From Malacoraja senta (lineage: Eukaryota), in contig CM075990.1 of NCBI GenBank assembly GCA_038087875.1, positions 18,416,001 through 18,480,000 on the forward strand: 64,000 nucleotides of DNA, in the 5' to 3' direction. Under the pieces are notes generated by a model. That model was not told the origin of the DNA and made no database searches. It was given only the letters and a program-made list of their open reading frames with translations. The translations under genes were made by a program, and so were the position numbers. Positions 1-13,800 of this stretch are shown here, piece by piece; the first letter of the stretch is position 1; the number at the start of each line of letters is the position of its first letter.

Positions 1-3000
1 TCGTCGTCGTCGTCTTCGTCGTCGTCGTCTTCGTCGTCGTCGTCTTCGTCGTCGTCTTCTTCGTCGTCGTCGTCTTCGTCGTCGTCGTCTTCGTCGTCGT
101 CGTCTTCGTCGTCGTCTTCTTCGTCGTCGTCTTCTTCGTCGTCGTCTTCTTCGTCGTCGTCTTCTTCGTCGTCGTCTTCTTCGTCGTCGTCTTCTTCGTC
201 GTCGTCTTCTTCGTCGTCGTCGTCTTCGTCGTCGTCTTCTTCGTCGTCGTCGTCTTCGTCGTCGTCTTCGTCGTCGTCCTCTTCGTCGTCGTCGCCTTCG
301 TCGTCGTCGTCTTCGTCGTCGTCTACTTCGTCGTCGTCTTCTTCGTCGTCGTCGTCTTCGTCGTCGTCGTCTTAGTCGTCGTCTTCTTCGTCGTCGTCGT
401 CTTCGTCGTCGTCGTCTTCGTCGTCGTCTTCTTCGTCGTCGTCGTCTTCGTCGTCGTCGTCTTCGTCGTCGTCTTCGTCGTCGTCATCTTCGTCGACGTC
501 TACTTCGTCGTCGTCTTCTTCGTCGTCGTCTTCTTCGTCGTCGTCTTCTTCGTCGTCGTCTTCTTCGTCGTCGTCTTCTTCGTCGACGTCTTCTTCGTCG
601 TCGTCTTCGTCGTCGTCTTCTTCTTCGTCGTCTTCTTCGTCGTCGTCTTCTTCGTCGTCGTCTTATTCGTCGTCGTCTTCTTCGTCGTCGTCTTCTTCGT
701 CGTCGTCTTCTTCGTCGTCGTCTTCTTCGTCGTCGTCTTCTTCGTCGTCGTCTTCTTCGTCGTCGTCTTCTTCGTCGTCGTCTTCTTCGTCGTCGTCTTC
801 TTCGTCGTCGTCTTCTTCTTCGTGGTCTTCTTCGTCGTCGACTTCTTCGTCGTCGTCTTCTTCGTCGTCGTCTTCGTCGTCATCGTCGTCGTCTTCGTCG
901 TCGTCGTCTTCGTCGTCGTCTTCGTCGTCGTCGTCTTCGTCGTCGTCGTCTTCGTCGTCGTCGTCTTCGTCGTCGTCGTCTTCGTCGTCGTCGTCTTCGT
1001 CGTCGTCGTCTTCGTCGTCGTCTTCTTCGTCGTCGTCTTCTTCGTCGTCGTCGTCTTCGTCGTCGTCGTCTTCGTCGTCGTCTTCTTCGTCGTCGTCGTC
1101 TTCGTCGTCGTCTTCGTCGTCGTCTTCTTCGTCGTCGTCGTCTTCGTCGTCGTCGTCTTCGTCGTCGTCTTCGTCGTAGTCGTCTTCGTCGTCGCCTTCT
1201 TCGTCGTCGTCTTCTTCGTCGTCGTCTTCTTCGTCGTCGTCTTCTTCGTCGTCGTCTTCTTCGTCGTCGTCTTCTTCGTCGTCGTCTTCTTCGTCGTCGT
1301 CTTCTTCGTCGTCGTCTTCTTCGTCGTCGTCTTCTTCGTCGTCGTCTTCTTCGTCGTCGTCTTCTTCGTCGTCGTCTTCTTCGTCGTCGTCTTCTTCGTC
1401 GTCGTCTTCTTCGTCGTCGTCTTCTTCGTCGTCGTCTTCTTCGTCGTCGTCTTCATCGTCGTTGTCTTCTTCGTCGTCTTCTTCGTCGTCGTCTTCGTCG
1501 TCGACTTCTTCGTCGTCGTCTTGTTCGTCGTCGTCTTGTTCGTCGTCGTCTTCTTCGTCGTCGTCTTCTTCGTCGTCGTCGTCTTCGTCGTCGTCGTCTT
1601 CGTCGTCGTCTTCATCGTCGTCGTCTTCTTCGTCGTCGTCTTCTTCGTCGTCGTCTTCGTCGTCGTCGTCTTCGTCGTCGTCGTCGTCGTCTTCGTCGTC
1701 GTCGTCTTCGTCGTCGTCTTCGTCGTCGTCGTCTTCGTCGTCGTCGTCTTCGTCGTCGTCGTCTTCGTCGTCGTCGTCTTCGTCGTCGTCGTCTTCGTCG
1801 TCGTCTTCTTCGTCGTCGTCTTCTTCGTCGTCGTCGTCTTCGTCGTCGTCGTCTTCGTCGTCGTCTTCTTCGTCGTCGTCTTCTTCGTCGTCGTCTTCTT
1901 CGTCGTCGTCTTCTTCGTCGTCGTCTTCTTCGTCGTCGTCTTCTTCGTCGTCGTCTTCTTCGTCGTCGTCTTCTTCGTCGTCGTCGTCTTCGTCGTCGTC
2001 TTCTTCGTCGTCGTCTTCTTCGTCGTCGTCTTCTTCGTCGTCGTCTTCTTCGTCGTCGTCTTCATCGTCATCGTCTTCTTCGTCGTCTTCTTCGTCGTCG
2101 TCTTCTTCGTCATCGACTTCTTCGTCGTCGTCTTCTTCGTCGTCGTCTTCTTCGTCGTCGTCTTCTTCGTCGTCGTCTTCTTCGTCGTCGTCGTCTTCGT
2201 CGTCGTCGTCTTCGTCGTCGTCTTCATCGTCGTCGTCTTCTTCGTCGTCGTCTTCTTCGTCGTCGTCTTCGTCGTCCTCTTCGTCGTCGTCGTCTTCGTC
2301 GTCGTCGTCTTCGTCGTCGTCGTCTTCGTCGTCGTCGTCTTCGTCGTCGTCGTCTTCGTCGTCGTCGTCTTCGTCGTCGTCGTCTTCGTCGTCGTCTTCT
2401 TCGTCGTCGTCGTCTTCGTCGTCGTCGTCTTCGTCGTCGTCGTCTTCGTCGTCGTCTTCTTCGTCGTCGTCTTCTTCGTCGTCGTCTTCTTCGTCGTCGT
2501 CTTCTTCGTCGTCGTCTTCTTCGTCGTCGTCTTCTTCGTCGTCGTCTTCTTCGTCGTCGTCGTCTTCGTCGTCGTCTTCTTCGTCGTCGTCGTCTTCGTC
2601 GTCGTCTTCGTCGTCGTCCTCTTCGTCGTCGTCGCCTTCGTCGTCGTCGTCTTCGTCGTCGTCTACTTCGTCGTCGTCTTCTTCGTCGTCGTCGTCTTCG
2701 TCGTTGTCGTCTTAGTCGTCGTCTTCTTCGTCGTCGTCGTCTTCGTCGTCGTCGTCTTCGTCGTCGTCTTCTTCGTCGTCGTCGTCTTCGTCGTCGTCGT
2801 CTTCGTCGTCGTCTTCGTCGTCGTCTTCTTCGTCGTCGTCGTCTTCGTCGTCGTCGTCTTCGTCGTCGTCTTCGTCGTCGTCATCTTCGTCGTCGTCTTC
2901 TTCGTCGTCGTCTACTTCGTCGTCGTCTTCTTCGTCGTCATCTTCTTCGTCGTCGTTTTCTTCGTCGTCGTCTTCTTCGTCGTCGTCTTCTTCGTCGTCG

Positions 3001-5500
3001 TCTTCTTCGTCGTCGTCTTCTTCGTCGTCGTCTTCTTCTTTGTCGTCTTCTTCGTCGTCGTCTTCTTCGTCGTCGTCTTCTTCGTCGTCGTCTTCTTCGT
3101 CGTCGTCTTCTTCGTCGTCGTCTTCTTCGTCGTCGTCTTCTTCGTCGTCGTCTTCTTCGTCGTCGTCTTCTTCGTCGTCGTCTTCTTCGTCGTCGTCTTC
3201 TTCGTCGTCGTCTTCTTCGTCGTCGTCTTCTTTGTCGTCGTCTTCTTCGTCTTCGTCTTCTTCGTCGTCGTCGTCTTTGTCGTCGTCGTCTTCGTCGTCA
3301 TCTTCATCGTCGTCGTCTTCTTCGTCGTCGTCTTCTTCGTCGTCGTCTTCTTCGTCGTCGTCTTCTTCGTCGTCGTCGTCTTTGTCGTCGTCTTCTTCGT
3401 CGTCGTCGTCGTCATCGTCTTCTTCGTCGTCGTTATCTTTGTCGTCGTCGTCTTCGTCGTCGTCTTCTTCGTCGTCGTCTTCTTCGTCATCTTCTTCGTC
3501 GTCGTCTTCTTCATCGTCGTCTTCTTCGTCGTCGTCTTCTTTGTCGTCCTCTTCTTCGTCGTCGTCTTCTTCGTCGTCGTCTTCTTCGTCGTCGTCTTCT
3601 TCGTCGTCGACTTCTTCGTCGTCGTCTTCTTCGTCTCGTCTTCTTCGTCGTCGTCTTCTTCGTCGTCGTCTTCTTCGTCGTCGTCTTCTTCGTCGTCGTC
3701 GTCTTCGTCGTCGTCGTCTTCGTCGTCGTCGTCATGTCGTCGTCTTCATCGTCGTCGTCTTCTTCGTCGTCGTCTTCTTCGTCGTCGTCTTCTTCGTCGT
3801 CGTCTTCTTCGTCGTCGTCTTCTTCGTCGTCGTCTTCTTCGTCGTCGTCTTCTTCGTCGTCGTCTTCTTCGTCGTCGTCGTCTTCGTCGTCGTCTTCTTC
3901 GTCGTCGTCGTCTTCGTCGTCGTCTTCGTCGTCGTCCTCTTCGTCGTCGTCGCCTTCGTCGTCGTCGTCTTCGTCGTCGTCTACTTCGTCGTCGTCTTCT
4001 TCGTCGTCGTCGTCTTCGTCGTCGTCATCTTAGTCGTCGTCTTCTTCGTCGTCGTCGTCTTCGTCGTCGTCGTCTTCGTCGTCGTCTTCTTCGTCGTCGT
4101 CGTCTTCGTCGTCGTCGTCTTCGTCGTCGTCTTCGTCGTCGTCTTCTTCGTCGTCGTCGTCTTCGTCGTCGTCGTCTCGTCGTCGTCTTCGTCGTCGTCA
4201 TCGTCATCTTCGTCGTCGTCTTCTTCGTCGTCGTCTACTTCGTCGTCGTCTTCTTCGTCGTCGTCTTCATCGTCGTCGTCTTCTTCTTCGTCGTCTTCTT
4301 CGTCGTCGTCTTCTTCGTCGTCGTCTTCTTCGTCGTCGTCTTCTTCGTCGTCGTCTTCTTCTTCGTCGTCTTCTTCGTCGTCGTCTTCTTCGTCGTCGTC
4401 TTCTTCGTCGTCGTCTTCTTCGTCGTCGTCTTCTTCGTCGTCGTCTTCTTCGTCGTCGTCTTCTTCGTCGTCGTCTTCTTCGTCGTCGTCTTCTTCGTCG
4501 TCGTCTTCTTCGTCGTCGTCTTCTTCGTCGTCGTCTTCTTCGTCGTCGTCTTCTTCGTCGTCGTCTTCTTCGTCGTCGACTTCTTCGTCGTTGTCTTCTT
4601 CGTCGTCGTCTTCTTCGTCGTCGTCTTCTTCGTCGTCGTCTTCTTCGTCGTCGTCGTCTTCGTCGTCGTCTTCTTCGTCGTCGTCGTCTTCGTCGTCGTC
4701 TTCGTCGTCGTACTCTTCGTCGTCGTCGCCTTCGTCGTCGTCGTCTTCGTCGTCGTCTACTTCGTCGTCGTCTTCTTCGTCGTCGTCGTCTTCGTCGTCG
4801 TCGTCTTAGTCGTCGTCTTCTTCGTCGTCGTCGTCTTCGTCGTCGTCGTCTTCGTCGTCGTCTTCTTCGTCGTCGTCGTCTTCGTCGTCGTCGTCTTCGT
4901 CGTCGTCTTCGTCGTCGTCTTCTTCGTCGTCGTCGTCTTCGTCGTCATCGTCTTCGTCGTCATCTTCGTCGTCGTCATCTTCGTCGTCGTCTTCTTCGTC
5001 GTCGTCTACTTCGTCGTCGTCTTCTTCGTCGTCGTCTTCTTCGTCGTCGTCTTCTTCGTCGTCGTCTTCTTCATCGTCGTCTTCTTCGTCGTCGTCTTCT
5101 TCGTCGTCGTCTTCTTCGTCGTCGTCTTCTTCGTCGTCTTCTTCGTCGTCGTCTTCTTCGTCGTCGTCTTCTTCGTCGTCGACTTCTTCGTCGTCGTCTT
5201 CTTCGTCGTCGTCTTCTTCGTCGTCGTCTTCTTCGTCGTCGTCTTCTTCGTCGTCGTCGTCTTCGTCGTCGTCTTCTTCGTCGTCGTCTTCTTCGTCGTC
5301 GTCTTCTTCGTCGTCGTCGTCTTCGTCGTCGTCGTCTTCGTCGTCGTCTTCTTCGTCGTCGTCTTCTTCGTCGTCGTCTTCTTCGTCGTCGTCTTCTTCG
5401 TCGTCGTCGTCTTCATCGTCGTCGTCTTCGTCGTCGTCTTCATCGTCGTCGTCTTCTTCGTCGTCGTCTTCTTCGTCGTCGTCTTCTTCATCGTCGTCTT
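1..5500. repeat. Satellite sub-domain, variant family Y (first block)
   Basis: Carries the TCC..CCT..ACT..TCTTAG cassette (TAG ends 375, 2715, 4033, 4809), TCGTAG..CCT (1177) and the TGT-TGT doublet (1522). Lacks GCGGCGGCT and TCAGCG. Confidence 0.7.
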
Positions 5501-8500
5501 CTTCGTCGTCGTCTCTTTGTCGTCCTCTTCTTCGTCGTCGTCTTCTTCGTCGTCGTCTTCTTCGTCGTCGTCTTCTTCGTCGTCGACTTCTTCGTCGTCG
5601 TCTTCTTCGTCGTCGTCTTCTTCGTCGTCGTCTTCTTCGTCGTCGTCTTCTTCGTCGTCATCGTCTTCGTCGTCATCGTCTTCGTCGTCGTCTTCATCGT
5701 CGTCGTCTTCTTCGTCGTCGTCTTCTTCGTCGTCGTCTTCTTCGTCGTCGTCTTCTTCGTCGTCGTCTTCTTCGTCGTCGTCTCCTTCGTCGTCGTCTTC
5801 TTCGTCGTCGTCTCCTTCGTCGTCGTCTTCTTCGTCGTCGTCTCCTTCGTCGTCGTCTTCTTCGTCGTCGTCGTCTTCGTCGTCGTCTTCTTCGTCATCG
5901 TCTACTTCGTCGTCGTCTTCTTCGTCGTCGTCTCCTTCGTCGTCGTCGTCTTCGTCGTCGTCGTCTTCGTCGTCGTCTTCTTCGTCGTCGTCGTCTTCGT
6001 CGTCGTCGTCTTCGTCAGCGTCTTCTTCGTCGTCGTCGTCTTCGTCGTCTTCGTCTTCGTCGTCGTCTTCTTCCTCGTCGTCGTCTTCGTCGGCGTCGTC
6101 TTCGTCGTCGTCTTCGTCGTCGTCTTCTTCGTCGTCGTCGTCTTCGTCGTCGTCGTCTTCGTCGTCGTCTTCTTCGTCGTCGTCGTCTTCGTCGTCGTCG
6201 TCTTCGTCGTCGTCTTCGTCATCGTCGTCTTCGTCGTCGTCTTCTTCGTCGTCGTCTTCTTCGTCGTCGTATTCTTCGTCGTCGTCTTCTTCGTCGTCGT
6301 CTTCTTCGTCGTCGTCTTCTTCGTCGTCGTCTTCTTCGTCGTCGTCTTCTTCGTCGTCGTCTTCTTCGTCGTCGTCTTCTTCGCCGTCGTCTTCTTCGCC
6401 GTCGTCTTCTTCGTCGTCGTCTTCTTCGTCGTCGTCTTCTTCGTCGTCGTCTTCTTCGTCGTCGTCTTCTTCGTCGTCTTCTTCGTCGTCGTCTCCTTCG
6501 TCGTCGTCTTCTTCGTCGTCGTCGTCTTCGTCGTCGTCTTCTTCGTCGTCGTCTCCTTCGTCGTCGTCTTCTTCGTCGTCGTCTCCTTCGTCGTCGTCGT
6601 CTTCGTCGTCGTCGTCTTCGTCGTCGTCTTCTTCGTCGTCGTCGTCTTCGTCGTCGTCGTCTTCGTCAGCGCGTCGTCTTCGTCTTCGTCGTCGTCTTCT
6701 TCCTCGTCGTCGTCTTCGTCGGCGTCGTCTTCGTCGTCGTCTTCGTCGTCGTCTTCTTCGTCGTCGTCGTCTTCGTCGTCGTCGTCTTCGTCGTCGTCTT
6801 CTTCGTCGTCGTCGTCTTCGTCGTCGTCGTCTTCGTCGTCGTCTTAGTCATCGTCGTCTTCGTCGTCGTCTTCTTCGTCGTCGTCTTCTTCGTCGTCGTA
6901 TTCTTCGTCGTCGTCTTCTTCGTCGTCGTCTTCTTTCGTCGTCGTCTTCTTCGTCGTCGTCTTCTTCGTCGTCGTCTTCTTCGTCGTCGTCTTCTTTCGT
7001 CGTCGTCGTCTTCGTCGTCGTCTTCTTCGCGTCGTCTTCTTCGTCGTCGTCTTCTTCGTCGTCGTCTTCTTCGTCGTCGTCTTCTTCGTCGTCGTCTTCT
7101 TCGTCGTCGTCTTCTTCGTCGTCGTCTTCTTCGTCGTCTTAGTCATCGTCTTCTTCGTCGTCGTCTTCTTCGTCGTCGTCTTCTTCGTCGTCGTCTTCTT
7201 CGTCGTCGTCTTCTTCGTCGTCGTCTTCTTCGTCGTCGTCTTCTTCGTCGTCGTCTTCTTCGTCGTCGTCTTCTTTCGTCGTCGTCTTCTTCGTCGTCGT
7301 CTTCTTCGTCGTCGTCTTCATCGTCGTCGTCTTCTTCGTCGTCGTCGTCTTCGTCGTCGTCGTCTTCGTCGTCGTCGTCTTCGTCGTCGTCTTCTTCGTC
7401 GTCGTCTTCGTCGTCGTCGTCTTCGTCGTCGTCTTCTTCGTCGTCGTCTTCTTCGTCGTCGTCGGCTTCGTCGTCGTCGTCTTCGTCGTCGTCTTCTTCG
7501 TCGTCGTCGTCTTCGTCGGCGGCGGCTTCGTCGTCGTCTTCGTCGTCGTCTTCTTCGTCGTCGTCTTCTTCGTCGTCGTCTTCTTCGTCGTCGTCTTGCT
7601 TCGTCGTCGTCTTCTTCGTCGTCGTCTTCTTCATCGTCATCTTCTTCGTCGTCGTCTTCTTCGTCGTCGTCTTCTTCGTCGTCGTCTTCTTCGTCGTCGT
7701 CTTCTTCGTCGTCGTCTTCTTCGTCGTCGTCTTCTTCGTCGTCTTCTTCGTCGTCGTCTTCTTCGTCGTCGTCTTCTTCTCCCCGTCGTCTTCTTCTTCG
7801 TCGTCGTCTTCTTCGTCGTCGTCTTCTTCGTCGTCGTCTTCTTCGTCGTCGACTTCTTCGTCGTCGTCTTCTTCGTCGTCGTCTTCTTCGTCGTCGTCTT
7901 CTTCGTCGTCGTCTTCTTCGTCGTCGTCGTCTTCATCGTCGTCTTCTTCGTCGTCGTCGTCTTCGTCGTCATCGTCTTCGTCGTCGTCGTCTTCGTCGTC
8001 GTCGTCTTCGTCGTCGTCTTCTTCGTCGTCGTCGTCTTTGTCGTCGTCGTCTTCGTCGTCGTCTTCTTCGTCGTCGTCGTCTTCGTCGTCGTCGACTTCG
8101 TCGTCGTCTTCTTCGTCGTTGTCTTCTTCATCGTTGTCTTCTTCGTCGTCGACTTCTTCGTCGTCGTCTTCTTCGTCGTCGTCTTCTTCGTCGTCGTCTT
8201 CTTCGTCGTCGTCTTCTTCGTCGTCATCGTCTTCGTCGTCATCGTCTTCGTCGTCGTCTTCATCGTCGTCGTCTTCTTCGTCGTCGTCTTCTTCGTCGTC
8301 GTCTTCTTCGTCGTCGTCTTCTTCGTCGTCGTCTTCTTCGTCGTCGTCTTCTTCGTCGTCGTCTTCTTCGTCGTCGTCTTCTTCGTCGTCGTCTTCTTCG
8401 TCGTCGTCTTCTTCGTCGTCGTCTTCTTCGTCGTCGTCTTCTTCGTCATCGTCGTCTTCGTCGTCATCGTCTTCGTCGTCGTCTTCATCGTCGTCGTCTT

Positions 8501-8524
8501 CTTCGTCGTCGTCTTCTTCGTCGT

Positions 8525-10846
8525 CGTCTTCTTCGTCGTCATCTTCTTCGTCGTCGTCTTCTTCGTCGTCGTCTCCTTCGTCGTCGTCTTCTTCGTCGTC
8601 GTCTCCTTCGTCGTCGTCTTCTTCATCGTCGTCTCCTTCGTCGTCGTCTTCTTCGTCGTCGTCGTCTTCGTCGTCGTCTTCTTCGTCGTCGTCTCCTTCG
8701 TCGACGTCTTCTTCGTCGTCGTCTCCTTCGTCGTCGTCGTCTTCGTCGTCGTCGTCTTCGTCGTCGTCGTCTTCGTCGTCGTCTTCTTCGTCGTCGTCGT
8801 CTTCGTCGTCGTCTTCTTCGTCGTCGTCTTCTTCGTCGTCGTCTCCTTCGTCGTCGTCGTCTTCGTCGTCGTCGTCTTCGTCGTCGTCTTCTTCGTCGTC
8901 GTCGTCTTCGTCGTCGTCGTCTTCGTCAGCGTCTTCTTCGTCGTCGTCGTCTTCGTCGTCTTCGTCTTCGTCGTTGTCTTCTTCATCGTCGTCGTCTTCG
9001 TCGGCGTCGTCTTCGTCGTCGTCTTCGTCGTCGTCTTCTTCGTCGTCGTCGTCTTCGTCGTCGTCGTCTTCATCGTCGTCTTCTTCGTCGTCGTCATCTT
9101 CGTCGTCGTCGTCTTCGTCGTCGTCGTCTTCGTCGTCGTCTTCGTCGTCGTCGTCTTCGTCGTCGTCTTCTTCGTCGTCGTCTTCTTCGTCGTCGTATTC
9201 TTCGTCGTCGTCTTCTTCGTCGTCGTCTTCTTCGTCGTCGTCTTCTTCGTCGTCGTCTTCTTCGTCGTCGTCTTCTTCGTCGTCGTCTTCTTCGTCGTCG
9301 TCTTCTTCGTCGTCGTCTTCTTCGTCGTCGTCTTCTTCGTCGTCGTCTTCTTCGTCGTCGTCTTCTTCGTCGTCGTCTTCTTCGTCGTCGTCGTCTTCGT
9401 CGTCGTCTTCTTCGTCGTCGTCTTCTTCGTCGTCGTCTTCTTCGTCGTCGTCTTCTTCGTCGTCGTCTTGTTCGTCGTCGTCTTCCTCGTCGTCGTCTTC
9501 TTCATCGTCATCTTCTTCGTCGTCGTCTTCTTCATCGTCGTCTTCTTCGTCGTCGTCTTCTTCGTCGTCGTCTTCTTCGTCGTCGTCTTCTTCGTCGTCG
9601 TCTTCTTCGTCGTCATCTTCGTCGTCGTCTTCTTCGTCGTCGTCTTATTCGTCGTCTTCTTCTTCGTCGTCGTCTTCTTCGTCGTCGTCTTCTTCGTCGT
9701 CATCTTCTTCGTCGTCGTCTTCTTCGTCGTCGTCTCCTTCGTCGTCGTCTTCTTCGTCGTCGTCTCCTTCGTCGTCGTCTTCTTCATCGTCGTCTCCTTC
9801 GTCGTCGTCTTCTTCGTCGTCGTCGTCTTCGTCGTCGTCTTCTTCGTCGTCGTCTCCTTCGTCGACGTCTTCTTCGTCGTCGTCTCCTTCGTCGTCGTCG
9901 TCTTCGTCGTCGTCGTCTTCGTCGTCGTCGTCTTCGTCGTCGTCTTCTTCGTCGTCGTCGTCTTCGTCGTCGTCTTCTTCGTCGTCGTCTTCTTCGTCGT
10001 CGTCTCCTTCGTCGTCGTCGTCTTCGTCGTCGTCGTCTTCGTCGTCGTCTTCTTCGTCGTCGTCGTCTTCGTCGTCGTCGTCTTCGTCAGCGTCTTCTTC
10101 GTCGTCGTCGTCTTCGTCGTCTTCGTCTTCGTCGTTGTCTTCTTCATCGTCGTCGTCTTCGTCGGCGTCGTCTTCGTCGTCGTCTTCGTCGTCGTCTTCT
10201 TCGTCGTCGTCGTCTTCGTCGTCGTCGTCTTCATCGTCGTCTTCTTCGTCGTCGTCATCTTCGTCGTCGTCGTCTTCGTCGTCGTCGTCTTCGTCGTCGT
10301 CTTCGTCGTCGTCGTCTTCGTCGTCGTCTTCTTCGTCGTCGTCTTCTTCGTCGTCGTATTCTTCGTCGTCGTCTTCTTCGTCGTCGTCTTCTTCGTCGTC
10401 GTCTTCTTCGTCGTCGTCTTCTTCGTCGTCGTCTTCTTCGTCGTCGTCTTCTTCGTCGTCGTCTTCTTCGTCGTCGTCTTCTTCGTCGTCGTCTTCTTCG
10501 TCGTCGTCTTCTTCGTCGTCGTCTTCTTCGTCGTCGTCTTCTTCGTCGTCGTCGTCTTCGTCGTCGTCTTCTTCGTCGTCGTCTTCTTCGTCGTCGTCTT
10601 CTTCGTCGTCGTCTTCTTCGTCGTCGTCTTGTTCGTCGTCGTCTTCCTCGTCGTCGTCTTCTTCATCGTCATCTTCTTCGTCGTCGTCTTCTTCATCGTC
10701 GTCTTCTTCGTCGTCGTCTTCTTCGTCGTCGTCTTCTTCGTCGTCGTCTTCTTCGTCGTCGTCTTCTTCGTCGTCATCTTCGTCGTCGTCTTCTTCGTCG
10801 TCGTCTTATTCGTCGTCTTCTTCTTCGTCGTCGTCTTCTTCGTCGT
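8525..10846. repeat. Tandem duplication, 1161-bp unit
   Basis: Marker pairs 8929/10090 (GCG), 9196/10357 (TAT) and 9646/10807 (TAT) are all offset by 1161. Confidence 0.9.
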
Positions 10847-13800
10847 CGTCTTCTTCGTCGTCGTCTTCTTCGTCGTCGACTTCTTCGTCGTCGTCTTCTT
10901 CGTCGTCGTCTTCTTCGTCGTCGTCTTCTTCGTCGCCGTCGTCTTCGTCGTCGTCGTCTTCGTCGTCGTCTTCTTCGTCGTCGTCGTCTTCGTCGTCGTC
11001 GTCTTCGTCGTCGTCGTCTTCGTCGTCGTCTTCTTCGTCGTCGTCTTCGTCGTCGTCGTCTTCGTCGTCGTCTTCTTCGTCGTCGTCTTCTTCGTTGTCG
11101 TCGGCTTCGTCGTCGTCGTCTTCGTCGTCGTCTTCTTCGTCGTCGTCGTCTTCGTCGGCGGCGGCTTCGTCGTCATCTTCGTCGTCGTCTTCTTCGTCGT
11201 CGTCTTCTTCGTCGTCGTCTTCTTCGTCGTCGTCTTGTTCGTCGTCGTCTTCCTCGTCGTCGTCTTCTTCGTCGTCGTCTTCTTCGTCGTCGTCTTCTTC
11301 ATCGTCGTCTTCTTCGTCGTCGCCTTCTTCGTCGTCGTCTTCTTCGTCGTCGTCTTCTTCGTCGTCGTCTTCTTCGTCGTCTTCTTCGTCGTCGTCTTCT
11401 TCGTCGTCGTCTTCTTCGTCGTCATCTTCTTCGTCGTCGTCTTCTTCATCGTCGTCTTCTTCGTCGTCGTCTTCTTCGTCGTCGTCTTCTTCGTCGTCGA
11501 CTTCTTCGTCGTCGTCTTCTTCGTCGTCGTCTTCTTCGTCGTCGTCTTCTTCGTCGTCGTCTTCTTCGTTGTCGTCTTCTTCGTCGTCATCGTCTTCGTC
11601 GTCGTCGTCTTCGTCGTCGTCTTCATCGTCGTCGTCTTCTTCGTCGTCGTCTTCTTCGTCGTCGTCTTCTTCGTCGTCGTCTTCTTCGTCGTCGTCTTCT
11701 TCGTCGTCGTCTTCTTCGTCGTCGTCTTCTTCGTCGTCGTCTTCTTCGTCGTCGTCTTCTTCGTCGTCGTCGTCTTCGTCGTCGTCTTCTTCGTCGTCGT
11801 CGTCTTCGTCGTCGTCTTCGTCGTCGTCCTCTTCGTCGTCGTCGCCTTCGTCGTCGTCGTCTTCGTCGTCGTCTACTTCGTCGTCGTCTTCTTCGTCGTC
11901 GTCGTCTTCGTCGTCGTCATCTTAGTCGTCGTCTTCTTCGTCGTCGTCGTCTTCGTCGTCGTCGTCTTCGTCGTCGTCTTCTTCGTCGTCGTCGTCTTCG
12001 TCGTCGTCGTCTTCGTCGTCGTCTTCGTCGTCGTCTTCTTCGTCGTCGTCGTCTTCGTCGTCGTCGTCTTCGTCGTCGTCTTCGTCGTCGTCATCTTCGT
12101 CGTCGTCTTCTTCGTCGTCGTCTACTTCGTCGTCGTCTTCTTCGTCGTCGTCTTCATCGTCGTCGTCTTCTTCGTCGTCGTCTTCTTCGTCGTCGTCTTC
12201 TTCGTCGTCGTCTTCTTCGTCGTCGTCTTCTTCGTCGTCGTCTTCTTCTTCGTCGTCTTCTTCGTCGTCGTCTTCTTCGTCGTCGTCTTCTTCGTCGTCG
12301 TCTTCTTCGTCGTCGTCTTCTTCGTCGTCGTCTTCTTCGTCGTCGTCTTCTTCGTCGTCGTCTTCTTCGTCGTCGTCTTCTTCGTCGTCGTCTTCTTCGT
12401 CGTCGTCTTCTTCGTCGTCGTCTTCTTCGTCGTCGTCTTCTTCGTCGTCGTCTTCTTCGTCGTCGACTTCTTCGTCGTCGTCTTCTTCGTCGTCGTCTTC
12501 TTCGTCGTCGTCTTCTTCGTCGTCGTCTTCTTCGTCGTCGTCGTCTTCGTCGTCGTCTTCTTCGTCGTCGTCTTCTTCGTCGTCGTCTTCTTCGTCATCA
12601 TCGTCTTCGTCGTCATCGTCTTCGTCGTCGTCTTCATCGTCGTCGTCTTCTTCGTCGTCGTCTTCTTCGTCGTCGTCTTCTTCGTCGTCGTCTTCTTCGT
12701 CGTCGTCTTCTTCGTCGTCGTCTCCTTCGTCGTCGTCTTCTTCGTCGTCGTCTCCTTCGTCGTCGTCTTCTTCATCGTCGTCTCCTTCGTCGTCGTCTTC
12801 TTCGTCGTCGTCGTCTTCGTCGTCGTCTTCTTCGTCGTCGTCTCCTTCGTCGACGTCTTCTTCGTCGTCGTCTCCTTCGTCGTCGTCGTCTTCGTCGTCG
12901 TCGTCTTCGTCGTCGTCGTCTTCGTCGTCGTCTTCTTCGTCGTCGTCGTCTTCGTCGTCGTCTTCTTCGTCGTCGTCTTCTTCGTCGTCGTCTCCTTCGT
13001 CGTCGTCGTCTTCGTCGTCGTTGTCTTCGTCGTCGTCTTCTTCGTCGTCGTCGTCTTCGTCGTCGTCGTCTTCGTCAGCGTCTTCTTCGTCGTCGTCGTC
13101 TTCGTCGTCTTCGTCTTCGTCGTTGTCTTCTTCATCGTCGTCGTCTTCGTCGGCGTCGTCTTCGTCGTCGTCTTCGTCGTCGTCTTCTTCGTCGTCGTCG
13201 TCTTCGTCGTCGTCGTCTTCGTCGTCGTCTTCTTCGTCGTCGTCATCTTCGTCGTCGTCGTCTTCGTCGTCGTCGTCTTCGTCGTCGTCTTCGTCGTCGT
13301 CGTCTTCGTCGTCGTCTTCTTCGTCGTCGTCTTCTTCGTCGTCGTATTCTTCGTCGTCGTCTTCTTCGTCGTCGTCTTCTTCGTCGTCGTCTTCTTCGTC
13401 GTCGTCTTCTTCGTCGTCGTCTTCTTCGTCGTCGTCTTCTTCGTCGTCGTCTTCTTCGTCGTCGTCTTCTTCGTCGTCGTCTTCTTCGTCGTCGTCTTCT
13501 TCGTCGTCGTCTTCTTCGTCGTCGTCTTCTTCGTCGTCGTCGTCTTCGTCGTCGTCTTCTTCGTCGTCGTCTTCTTCGTCGTCGTCTTCTTCGTCGTCGT
13601 CTTCTTCGTCGTCGTCTTGTTCGTCGTCGTCTTCCTCGTCGTCGTCTTCTTCATCGTCATCTTCTTCGTCGTCGTCTTCTTCATCGTCGTCTTCTTCGTC
13701 GTCGTCTTCTTCGTCGTCGTCTTCTTCGTCGTCGTCTTCTTCGTCGTCGTCTTCTTCGTCGTCATCTTCGTCGTCGTCTTCTTCGTCGTCGTCTTATTCG

